This document shows positions 19,559 to 28,777 of a stretch of 64,000 bases of DNA, piece after piece. This DNA is from Candidatus Eiseniibacteriota bacterium. GTDB taxonomy: Bacteria > Eisenbacteria > RBG-16-71-46 > CAIMUX01 > VGJL01. The first letter of the stretch is position 1; the number at the start of each line of letters is the position of its first letter. Both the position numbers and the translations under genes were made by a program. The stretch covers positions 1 to 64,000 of the forward strand of contig JBHGAY010000002.1 in NCBI GenBank assembly GCA_041946735.1. Reading direction: 5' to 3'. The notes under the pieces were generated by a model that did no database searches, was not told the DNA's origin, and saw only the letters and a program-made list of their open reading frames with translations.

Positions 19559-22327
19559 TCAGTCGATTCTCACCACACGAACCGTCCGTGTGGCGCCCGG
19601 CGTCCAGAGTCGTACCCAGTAGGCGCCGCTCGGGACGCGCCGGCCGGCGTCGTCTCGTCCGTCCCAAACGACTTCGTGCCACCCGGTCGCCGACGGAACG
19701 GTCCGCAGCTCGCGGACGACGCGGCCTTGCGGATCGTGGATCGAGAGCCGGCTGGTGAGGGTGGCGGGGATCATGTAGCGGATGCGGGTTCCGGCGCTCG
19801 CCGGATTGGGAGTGACGAGGATCCCGGCCGCCGCCTCACGCGCCGGATCGCTCGCGCCGCTCGTGGCCCGGAAGTCGAAGCGGAACGCCGGGCTGTACAT
19901 TCCGCGCACCTCGGCGTCCTTGGCGAACGCACGCCAGTAGTACGTGCCGCTGGGGAGAGGCGGATCGACCTGCCAGGAGGTCGCTCCCTCGCCGGAGGCA
20001 ACCTCGTCGACGGAGGCGACGAGGTCCGTGAAAGCGGCGTCCGCGTACACGCGGAAGCCGTACGTCAATGGATCGCCTTCCGGATCCTCCGCGTTGCCGA
20101 CCGTCAACGTGACCGTCGAGACGACCATTCCGCCGTCGGGAGGATCGAGCGGAGTCGGCGGCCCGGGCTGCTGATTCGCGCTGCCGACACTGTAGAGGGT
20201 GAAGTCGTCGATCCCTCCTTCGATCGTGTCCACCGCCGTCATCCGGTCCGAGACCTGGATGCGGAAGCGCACCTGGTTCGTGATTGGAATCAACTGCGCC
20301 AGATTCACGACCAGGTTCTGCCATATCGCTGCCGATGCAACGTCCCCGAGATGGAGGAGGTTCACCCAGGTCCCCCCCGCGTTCGGCGAGACGTCGATGC
20401 GGAAGAAGTCTCCGCCGCCCGGATCGTCCCCCGCGTCTCGCTGGCCGTGGAAGTAGTTCATCGACAGCCTCACGTCCGGGCAACCGCTCAAGTCGAAGTC
20501 CGGGGACCGGATGGCGGCGATCCCGACGTCGACGTCCTGGACGCTCTCCAGTCCGTTGGGATTCTGAGCGGTGACGAGGGCATAGACCCCGTCGCCCGGA
20601 GTCGCGTCGTCTTCGGGCTGGAACGTGGTTCCCACAGGGTCGATCCGATCGAAAGCGCCGGTCAGCGCGTTGTCGGTGACGTCACGCGACCAGTCGGACC
20701 CCGCCTCGAAGTCGTTCGAGTAGACGACCGGCAGCTCGCCGATCTCGAATGTGAAAGGAACCTCTACATGGATGCCGCCCGGAGCATCCGCGACGACGAC
20801 GAAGGTGACGACTCGGCCGGCGGGGCAGTCCGGCTCGACCTCGATGCGGAACGGGTCGGCCGCGTTGTCCCAGCTCCCACCCCCCGGAAGCGTTCCGATC
20901 GCATCGTCGGCATGAAGCAGGGCGATGTACGGGTCGTCGCAGGTCAACCGGAGCGTCACTCCCGGAACGTCGTCGCGGCCGTCATTGCGGACAGCCGCGA
21001 CGAGATCGATCGTGTCGCCCGGATCCAGATGGCCGTCCCCGCCCGATACCGTCAGGTCCGCCACGGTGACGAATCCGCCCGCGATCGCCGTCGTGTAGAG
21101 GATCGAGTACAGATTCTCCTGGAGCAGGCCCTCACGTTCGCTCTCGAGGGGCCAGAAGCCTGAGCCGCCGATCTCCGTGGAGAAGGAGAAGATCCTCGCG
21201 TGCTCGGACTCGTCTCCATACATCCAGTCGATCGATCCGCCGCTCACGATGTACAGGATCTCTCCCGGCTGGCCGACCAGGTAGCCGTTGTCTCGGGACA
21301 TTTCGGCGCCGATCCGCCGCAGCCACGGGTCGTCGGGGGTGTGGGCCAGCGTGTAGCCCCAGGGGAGCAGCTGCATTCCCACGACCGAGTGCCAGGAGTT
21401 GTGCGTGGCGAAGTGGTGCGAGTTGACGAGATTCATGATCGCCTGGTTCTCGGGCTCGCTGCCGGGCGAGGGTCCGCGATAGCCGTCGGAGCACGGATCG
21501 CCGTCGGATCCCTGCCCTCCCCAGAAGAACGGATAGTTCCGGTTGTTGTCGACGCCGTAGCAGCCACCCCCGTTGACGCGCCGGTTCTTCCTCCACATCC
21601 CGCCTCCGTCGGGGTTCGTCAGCTCGTTGTAGACGAAGCCGTCCGGATTGACGATCGGGACGAACCACACCTGCCGGTTGTCGACCAGGAAGGTGCAGAG
21701 GGGATCGGTGCCGTAGTTCTCGCACAGATAGCGCGCGAAGTAGAGACAGACCTCGACCGTCATGATCTCGCGCGCGTGATGGACGCCGTCGTACAGCACG
21801 TCCGGTTCGTCGTCCTCCTCGATGCCCGGATTGTCCGAGACCTTGATCGCCCAGACATTCCGCCCTTCGCTGGTCGTGCCCAGCGAGATCGGCTCCGTCG
21901 TCAGGTTGGGATACTGGGAGTGCAGAAGGGTCAGCTCGTCGATCGTCTCCTGGTAGGTGTGCCACACGCCGTAGTCGCCGTCGCGGCCCTGCCGCGATCG
22001 GTAATAGGACTCCAGATCGTGATGGATCACCTCCAGCTTCCAGCCGTTCCGGAGCAGCGCGTCCGTGATCGAGGGGCGGGAGAGGACCTCCACCTGGCGC
22101 TCGTCCCCTCTGTCCATCAGCTGGATGTCGGGATCCGAAAGGAGCTGCTGCAGCGTGCGGTCGGGCGGCGCCAGGAAGACACGGATCTGCTGGTAGGCCT
22201 CTTCGGCGGCCGCAGGGGTCGCGAATCCCAGCATGAGGGCGAGTGCGAGGGCGAGTGCGAGGGCGAGGACTTGAATACAGCCGAGGGCGGAAACGGATGG
22301 TCGGAGCGACGAGAAGCTGCGGCGCAT
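19559..22327 (-). CDS. Secreted M14 zinc carboxypeptidase (carboxypeptidase T-like) with accessory domains and FlgD-Ig-like C-terminus
   Basis: HHARE zinc motif, NPDG, WRKNR, GVDNNRNY, HS; ATG 22327 after GAGGAGG. Confidence 0.9.
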   Translation of the reverse strand: MRRSFSSLRPSVSALGCIQVLALALALALALMLGFATPAAAEEAYQQIRVFLAPPDRTLQQLLSDPDIQLMDRGDERQVEVLSRPSITDALLRNGWKLEVIHHDLESYYRSRQGRDGDYGVWHTYQETIDELTLLHSQYPNLTTEPISLGTTSEGRNVWAIKVSDNPGIEEDDEPDVLYDGVHHAREIMTVEVCLYFARYLCENYGTDPLCTFLVDNRQVWFVPIVNPDGFVYNELTNPDGGGMWRKNRRVNGGGCYGVDNNRNYPFFWGGQGSDGDPCSDGYRGPSPGSEPENQAIMNLVNSHHFATHNSWHSVVGMQLLPWGYTLAHTPDDPWLRRIGAEMSRDNGYLVGQPGEILYIVSGGSIDWMYGDESEHARIFSFSTEIGGSGFWPLESEREGLLQENLYSILYTTAIAGGFVTVADLTVSGGDGHLDPGDTIDLVAAVRNDGRDDVPGVTLRLTCDDPYIALLHADDAIGTLPGGGSWDNAADPFRIEVEPDCPAGRVVTFVVVADAPGGIHVEVPFTFEIGELPVVYSNDFEAGSDWSRDVTDNALTGAFDRIDPVGTTFQPEDDATPGDGVYALVTAQNPNGLESVQDVDVGIAAIRSPDFDLSGCPDVRLSMNYFHGQRDAGDDPGGGDFFRIDVSPNAGGTWVNLLHLGDVASAAIWQNLVVNLAQLIPITNQVRFRIQVSDRMTAVDTIEGGIDDFTLYSVGSANQQPGPPTPLDPPDGGMVVSTVTLTVGNAEDPEGDPLTYGFRVYADAAFTDLVASVDEVASGEGATSWQVDPPLPSGTYYWRAFAKDAEVRGMYSPAFRFDFRATSGASDPAREAAAGILVTPNPASAGTRIRYMIPATLTSRLSIHDPQGRVVRELRTVPSATGWHEVVWDGRDDAGRRVPSGAYWVRLWTPGATRTVRVVRID

Positions 22328-22918
22328 GACGTCCTCCTCGAGGTGAGCCCGGTCGGACGACTCCACCAACCCCGACGACGAATTGTAGAGACTCTCAGCG
22401 CCGATCTCCAAGAATGCCCGGCGTCCGGGATAGCGGCTGTTTTTCTCCATCCCGGCCAGGGCCTGAGAAGATGCGAAGCGCGAACCTCGAGGAATCGCAT
22501 GCATCGACGGTCGTGCCGTCCTTGACCTCTCCAACCACGCACGCATAGAATCCGCTCGCGCGCATTTCAGGCTCCCATGTGAAGGCTTCTTTCCTGTCGT
22601 GGTCCTGGATGCTCGGAGTCCTCGGATCGTTGACTGGGCGGGCGATGGCCGACCCGTCGCACGGACGAGTCGGCGAGGCGCCGGACGAGACGCTTCGCCG
22701 GCGCTACCCATCTCGACCTCGAAGACTCCAATCAGCGAAGCCAGACATCTCGAGAAGACCGGGCCGCGGGAACGAACGGTTTCGCTTCCGGGAGCCGGAC
22801 GGGGACAGCGAGGAATGAGAAACCGGCCGGTGGACTTGCGCCGTGGAAGCCGCGATGTCGCCGCGACTCGCGGGACGAAGCGCTTGCCCGATTCTGACAT
22901 GCGCCCGCCGAGCACGTC

Positions 22919-24913
22919 GTGAGCGCGGTCTTCTGCTTCTTGCTCCTCCTGACGCCGTCCCTCGCGATCCTCTGCGTCGCCGGGACGGTGGGCCTCCACT
23001 CCCGGCTGATGGCGACGGTGAGCTGGGTCCTGGGGCCCGTGGCGTGGGCTTACCTGGCCATCGCATTGCGCGCGCTCGGGCTCGCCCCTGACGCGTCGAG
23101 GATCGCCGCGCTCGTGTTCTGCCTGGCCGGCATCGCGATCGCCGCTTCCCTCTCACGGTGCCGGTCGGCTGCGCGGAACGCGATCTTCCGAGCCGGTAGC
23201 CTGCGCCGCGTTCTGCCCTTCGCGATCCCCCTTCTGCCGCTCCTGATCTTCGTCGCCGCGAAGGGCGGAGCGATGTACGCATGGGACTCGCAATACCACG
23301 CCCGCCTCGCAACCTATCTGGAGCGCGCGACGATCCCTCCGGGCAACCCGTTTCTCGCCGGCAGCGGCTTGGCCTATCCGTGGCATTACGACTTCCTGGT
23401 GGGCCTCCTCGCTCGGACCTCGGGGCTCTCCCCTTACGAGGTCTTTCCGATCGTGAACCTTCACGCACTGATCGGCCTCGTTCTTGCCATCTCGCTCTGC
23501 ATGCGATCGGTCGGCAGATCGTCCCGCATGGCATGGATTCCCGTGTTCCTGGCGATCTGGGCGCCCAACGCGCTGGGATGGCTCGTATTCGTCGCCCGCC
23601 TGCTCACGGGTCGCGCGGCCGGGGCGACCGCGATCGGCGAAGCGGCTTCGAACTTCGATGTGGTCCTCTCCCAGATGGCTCCCGGCTACGCAAGGTTCCT
23701 CGCCTTTCCGGCTCACAAGTTCCTGGAGGGGACGCCGTTCTGCGTGATCCTGCCGTTCCCGTTCCTTCTGATCGCGATCGGGAGTCGGATGTTCCGCGAA
23801 GGCGAGACCCGGGATGGCGCGGCACTGCCACCTCCGTTCTTGTCGATCCTCGCCGTCTCGCTCCTGATCGCCGCGTGGATCCACCTGCACTTCATGAGCG
23901 CGCTTCTCCTCTTGCCGGCCCTCGGGATCGCCGCGTGGATCGGCGCCGGGTGGCCGAAGCCCGTCTCTCGGGCGCCTGCCGGAGGGAGGGAGGCCCGGCG
24001 GATCCTCGTGATCTCCTACGCGGTGGGGCTCGCCGCGAGCGCTCCGTATCTCTGGGTGACGCTCGGCAAGAGCGTCGGAGGAGGCGGCTGGCGCCTGCTC
24101 GGCTTCGGACCGAGGGCCGAGAACCTCCTCGGTCTGGCCGTCGTCGGCCTTCCCTATCTCGCCGCCGCTGCCCTCGCCACCCGGATCGCCCGCTCCCACG
24201 CATCGTCGCCTTCCGGATCGATCCGACGGAACGGAACGGCATGGCTTCTGCTTTGCGCCGCGGCACTCGCAACCGTGGGAGCGATCCTTGCCCTGACGGA
24301 CCACAACGAGGAGAAGGTCCTCATCCCGGCCGCGATGCTGGCGCCCTTGGTCGCCTGGCCGGCGATCGAGAAGGGTCTGAAGGCGGCCTCCGCTCTCGTC
24401 CGGACGCTCACGTGGTCCTTCGTCGGGTCGAGTGTCTTCGGCGTGTTCGTTCTCGTCGCCTTTGCCTGCGCCTGGGATCCGCGACCCCAGTATCGCGACG
24501 ATGGGGCAGTCGCGCGCGCGATCGAACGAGCCGTTCCCTCCTCGGCCGTCCTCGTCAGCGACGTTTTCGCTCCCATGCCGCAGACGAGAGCGGCGTACCT
24601 GCTGTTCCCGGAGCTGCAGGGGCTGTGGGGACACGTCGCCGAGCTGCGGGAACGCCAAGGAGTCATAGAAGCCTTGAAGGGAAGCTCCTTGCGGAGGCCG
24701 CTGGGCCTGGGGGTGACGAGAAGCGGCCGATGGCCCGAGCCGGTCGCGTTCTCGATGGAAGGGGCGCTGGCGGAACTGAGGCAGCTTCCCGGAGGGGCCG
24801 TCCTCGTCGCGCCGGCGGGCAAGTGGAAGGTGATGCGCGAGGTCGATCGTGCCGGGAGCCTCCAGCGCTTGGAGACGCCGGAATGGGACGTGATCGTCAT
24901 TCCCCCTCAGTGA
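22919..24913 (+). CDS. Multi-pass membrane protein, possibly GT-C-like glycosyltransferase
   Basis: Many hydrophobic helices; luminal WDSQYH...IPPGNPFLAG...YPWHY segment; function inferred only. Confidence 0.5.
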   Translation: MSAVFCFLLLLTPSLAILCVAGTVGLHSRLMATVSWVLGPVAWAYLAIALRALGLAPDASRIAALVFCLAGIAIAASLSRCRSAARNAIFRAGSLRRVLPFAIPLLPLLIFVAAKGGAMYAWDSQYHARLATYLERATIPPGNPFLAGSGLAYPWHYDFLVGLLARTSGLSPYEVFPIVNLHALIGLVLAISLCMRSVGRSSRMAWIPVFLAIWAPNALGWLVFVARLLTGRAAGATAIGEAASNFDVVLSQMAPGYARFLAFPAHKFLEGTPFCVILPFPFLLIAIGSRMFREGETRDGAALPPPFLSILAVSLLIAAWIHLHFMSALLLLPALGIAAWIGAGWPKPVSRAPAGGREARRILVISYAVGLAASAPYLWVTLGKSVGGGGWRLLGFGPRAENLLGLAVVGLPYLAAAALATRIARSHASSPSGSIRRNGTAWLLLCAAALATVGAILALTDHNEEKVLIPAAMLAPLVAWPAIEKGLKAASALVRTLTWSFVGSSVFGVFVLVAFACAWDPRPQYRDDGAVARAIERAVPSSAVLVSDVFAPMPQTRAAYLLFPELQGLWGHVAELRERQGVIEALKGSSLRRPLGLGVTRSGRWPEPVAFSMEGALAELRQLPGGAVLVAPAGKWKVMREVDRAGSLQRLETPEWDVIVIPPQ

Positions 24914-26535
24914 GGCCCGGGAAGAATCCGATCCGCCGCCGCGGACCGGGGGGAGCACGGGGATTGCCGACGAGACATTGCAGGCCGTCGTCCGGGTGGT
25001 GGCTGTCGTGCGGGATCTTGATCGCGCTGGCAGCGCTCACGATCGCGTCGCCACGGCTGTTCCCGTTCAACATGGACGAGTTCGGCCATCTCGCGCCGGT
25101 CGGTTGGTACGCGTATCCGCTCAACGAGACGCTCAACGACTTCCGGGAAGGGTCCCACCTCTATGACATGCGTCTGCCCTTCACGAACGTCTACCTTCCC
25201 TTGCGGACGTATCCGTACATTGGAAACCTGTCCTTCCTCCCCTACCTGCCGTTCTGGCTTTTGATCCGCGACCCGGTCTCCGCACGGATCCAGGGAGTGG
25301 TCTTCTTCTCCATCGCCATCCTGCTCCTCGCGCGGTTGGCTCGGGCCCGGTACGAGACCGCTCTCCTGGCCGCCCTGGTCTTTCCGATGTTCTTCTTCTC
25401 CTTCATGCTCGATACCGGACCGACCGGGCTGATGCTGATCCTGCTCTCCGGGACGTTTCTGTCGCTGCGGCGTGTGCTCGAGCACGGGACGCCGGCGAAA
25501 CCCGAGGACGCGACGCCGCCCCGCCACGACGCGCATCCCTACCTCTTCGGCGCCTTGGCCGGCATCCTCGCCTTCCTTGGCTGCTTCTTGAAGCTGGTCT
25601 TCTTCTGGTTCGCATTTCCGATCGCGGTGTTCGCTCTGATCCTCGGATGGAGGAGCCTCGCGCGCAGCGCCCGGACACGCAAAGCCATCGTCCTCGCGAT
25701 GGCCGTCTTCGCCGTGCTCACGGGCGTTCTGCTGCTCTCCCGGACGAGAACCGGCGCGTTTTACTACCACGAGTTCGGAAAGCAGGTAGACCAGTCGGCG
25801 GCGACAACGATCGAGACGGCGGCCAGGATGTCGGCCTTCTTCTCCGATGGCACCACCTTCGCGACCCGGCACCTCCACATTCCGCGGAGCTTCTACGACG
25901 TCTTCCCTCTCCTGCTCGCAGCCGCCCTGATCGCTCGGGCCCTCCTTTGGCGCAAGGATCGTGGAGCGGTCCTGCTCGCTGCCGGCCTCGGCATCCCCGT
26001 CTTCGCGATCATGTGCGCGTCCCCCAAGGCCTGCCATCCGCATCATGCCGTCCTGGCGATGTTCTTTCTCGTCTGGGGATGCGCGATCGCGATGCGCGAC
26101 CTGGCCGGGCGGCCGAAGGCGGCTCTCTTCGTCGCGATCCTCCTCTACTGGGGCGCGCTGGGATTGCGCCTGCCGCGCGCGGAGATCGACCCGTTGGCCG
26201 ACTTCGACAAGGACCGCCTGCTCGAGACGATCCGCTCCGAGCGGCTCGACGCAGGCGCGGTCCAGATCCACGTCGGATGGGGGACGTACTACATCAGCAA
26301 TCTCTTCGGCAGCCGGGACCAGGCGGTCGTCTACCTCGACTACGACCGCGGGATTCCGGAGCGATCGGAGCTCGAGATCGTGAAGGCGAAGGCGGAGGGC
26401 TTGGGCCGCGGGATCCTCGCCGTCACCGACGACCCGGCGACCTTCCTCGAATCCGACTGCGTCCACGAGGTGCTCGGTCCGCCGTTGCGGCAGACGATCA
26501 TGGGACATTGGGGCGCGATCCGCTATGTCCGCTGA
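24910..26535 (+). CDS. Multi-pass membrane protein, possibly GT-C-like glycosyltransferase
   Basis: GTG overlapping upstream TGA; NMDEF acidic motif after first TM, PYIG; many TM helices; start uncertain. Confidence 0.5.
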   Translation: MRPGKNPIRRRGPGGARGLPTRHCRPSSGWWLSCGILIALAALTIASPRLFPFNMDEFGHLAPVGWYAYPLNETLNDFREGSHLYDMRLPFTNVYLPLRTYPYIGNLSFLPYLPFWLLIRDPVSARIQGVVFFSIAILLLARLARARYETALLAALVFPMFFFSFMLDTGPTGLMLILLSGTFLSLRRVLEHGTPAKPEDATPPRHDAHPYLFGALAGILAFLGCFLKLVFFWFAFPIAVFALILGWRSLARSARTRKAIVLAMAVFAVLTGVLLLSRTRTGAFYYHEFGKQVDQSAATTIETAARMSAFFSDGTTFATRHLHIPRSFYDVFPLLLAAALIARALLWRKDRGAVLLAAGLGIPVFAIMCASPKACHPHHAVLAMFFLVWGCAIAMRDLAGRPKAALFVAILLYWGALGLRLPRAEIDPLADFDKDRLLETIRSERLDAGAVQIHVGWGTYYISNLFGSRDQAVVYLDYDRGIPERSELEIVKAKAEGLGRGILAVTDDPATFLESDCVHEVLGPPLRQTIMGHWGAIRYVR

Positions 26536-26719
26536 TCGCCCGACACCGCCGTCCCCCGCTTTCATCACGCGTCCTTTGCACCTGCGGTGGGCCAATGATC
26601 CGTGTGGCGAGGGCGATCGTGTTCGGCTAGGATCCCAGACGGTCGAAATCGTTCCCGTGCATGCGGGGCCGCGCCGCGCTCTCGGCCCGGGGCTCCGCGC
26701 TTCTCACGAGGAGGAACCC

Positions 26720-28777
26720 ATGGGCCGAACGGTTCGTCCGCCCGCTTGCGCCGTCCACCTTCTTCTTCCACTGATGCTGATTTGTCTCCTTCCCACTTCC
26801 GCCCGCTCGCTCCAGACGTTCAAGGACTGGATCCCGGTGCCGCGGGAGCAATGGACGATCGCCGAGAGCGACAGCCCGGCGGTCCATCACGCCGTCATGC
26901 TCTACGACGGCCACCGGATCGACGAGTCGGACCGCTCCGGACTCACCACATACAGTCGCTACTTCCGGGTCCGCGTCCTCGACTCCAAAGGCGTGGACGA
27001 TTTCCTGACCGTCGAGATCCCGTTCGAGAAGGGATGGAAGATCCAAGGGCTGCATGCCCGCACGGTCAAGCCGACCGGCGAGACGATCGAGGTCGGCGAG
27101 AAGGAGATCTACGACAAGACGGTGTTCGCGATCGGCAAGAGAAGGTCGAAGGCGAAGGCGTTCGCTTTCAAAGGGGTCGAGCCGGGCGACATCGTGGAGG
27201 CTTTCTTCACGCTGCGCTACGACGAGATCATGCCGATGCGGATCCAGCTCCGCCATCGGGTCCACGTGGTGGAGTCCTCGCTCCGTTGGTACTACTTCCC
27301 GCAGCCGAACCGGGCGGCGCTCGTCGACGCCACCGAGGAGGAGCTGGACAGCTACAGCTACGCCCCCGCGTACGTGATCCCAAACGGGAAGGCGTTTCAC
27401 GCGGCGGTCCAGGAGTTCGGCGACCCGAAGGATCCCGAAGGGCTCGAGGTCTCCTTCCACGACCTGCCCGCGCTTCCCGACGAGACGCTCATGCCTCCGT
27501 CGGCCGTGCTTGCCGTCTGGTTCGCCGGCCACTATCAGTTCCCGCGGCGCGAGGCGAAGAAGCCGTACTGGGAAGACGTGGCCAAGCTCTGGGGCAAGTC
27601 GACGGTCGACTTCCTGCGCCGGCAGTCCCAGCTCGCCTCCTGGATGCAGGACATCCTCGACCGTCCTCGCTCGCTCGAGGACGATCTGCGCCTATGCTGC
27701 GAGCGAATCCATCGCGACATCGCAAACTCCGACCTGCTCGAGGACAGCGAGCTGCCGGAGGACCTGCCCGAGAACGACACGATCGACGATCTGTTGAAGG
27801 AGCGGATCGGCGACGGCCTGCAGATCGACTACCTCCTCGTCGCGATGCTGGAGAAGCTCGGCTACGACGCTTCGCTCTTCTACAGCCGGAACGTCGAGGA
27901 CGGCCTCTTCATCCCGGAGCTGAAGTCGGCGCATCAGTTCAACACGACCGGCGTCGCGTTCAAGGAGGCCGGCGGCGAGGTACGGTACTGCCAGCCGCAG
28001 TTCGCGACGAGCAGCGTCGAGGCGCTGCCGTGGCAGATCTGCGATACGAAGGCGATGATCGAGGACCGGACCCGGAAGAACGAGTTCGGCCCCTTCCCGA
28101 CCTTGAACGATCTACCGGCGTCGGAATCGTCCGGCAACGAGATGGAGCTTCGCATGCGGCTGCGACCAACCGCGGACGGGAAGTTGGCGGGGCAGCTGCG
28201 CGCCGAGTGGAGCCTTCGCAACGACCCCTACTTCGTCCAGTGGATCGGCCACGTCGCGCATCGCAGCGCGAAGGAGGCGCACGAGATTCTGCGGGAGCGC
28301 GCGCTCCGATCCGGCCTGAGCTGGACCGCGTACGGGGAGTCGCTCTCGGTCGGCGCCGACCGCATCGCCTACGCGTGCAGCCTGGAGGTGGATGGATTGA
28401 TCGAGACGGCGGGAGACATGCGGCTCGTGCACGTCGGCGCGCTGCGCGCCGACGACTTCTCTCTCCCCGAGTCGGACCGATCGACGAACATCCACTTCCA
28501 CCATCCGATGCGATACGGCTCGCACGTGGAGATCCTCCTGGACGACGGGGCCCAGGTGACGACGGAGCCGCCGGCGCTCGAAGTCCTGGAGAGCTTCGCC
28601 GAGTTCCGCGCGACCGGCGCGCGCTCGGGCAGCTCCGTCCTTCTGCACCGCGACCTCCGGATCCCTCATTCGATGTACCGGAGCACCGCGGGACCGGCCT
28701 TCCAGCAGTTCTTCCGCAGGATCTACGAAGCGACCGAGCAGCCGCTCGTGCTCTCCGCCGCAAGGGAGCAGGGATGA
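26720..28777 (+). CDS. DUF3857/transglutaminase-like protein lacking the catalytic Cys
   Basis: ATG after GAGGAGG; signal peptide; ARTVKPTG, AFKGVEPGDIVE; GDGLQIDY at the usual GDCKD position. Confidence 0.7.
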   Translation: MGRTVRPPACAVHLLLPLMLICLLPTSARSLQTFKDWIPVPREQWTIAESDSPAVHHAVMLYDGHRIDESDRSGLTTYSRYFRVRVLDSKGVDDFLTVEIPFEKGWKIQGLHARTVKPTGETIEVGEKEIYDKTVFAIGKRRSKAKAFAFKGVEPGDIVEAFFTLRYDEIMPMRIQLRHRVHVVESSLRWYYFPQPNRAALVDATEEELDSYSYAPAYVIPNGKAFHAAVQEFGDPKDPEGLEVSFHDLPALPDETLMPPSAVLAVWFAGHYQFPRREAKKPYWEDVAKLWGKSTVDFLRRQSQLASWMQDILDRPRSLEDDLRLCCERIHRDIANSDLLEDSELPEDLPENDTIDDLLKERIGDGLQIDYLLVAMLEKLGYDASLFYSRNVEDGLFIPELKSAHQFNTTGVAFKEAGGEVRYCQPQFATSSVEALPWQICDTKAMIEDRTRKNEFGPFPTLNDLPASESSGNEMELRMRLRPTADGKLAGQLRAEWSLRNDPYFVQWIGHVAHRSAKEAHEILRERALRSGLSWTAYGESLSVGADRIAYACSLEVDGLIETAGDMRLVHVGALRADDFSLPESDRSTNIHFHHPMRYGSHVEILLDDGAQVTTEPPALEVLESFAEFRATGARSGSSVLLHRDLRIPHSMYRSTAGPAFQQFFRRIYEATEQPLVLSAAREQG

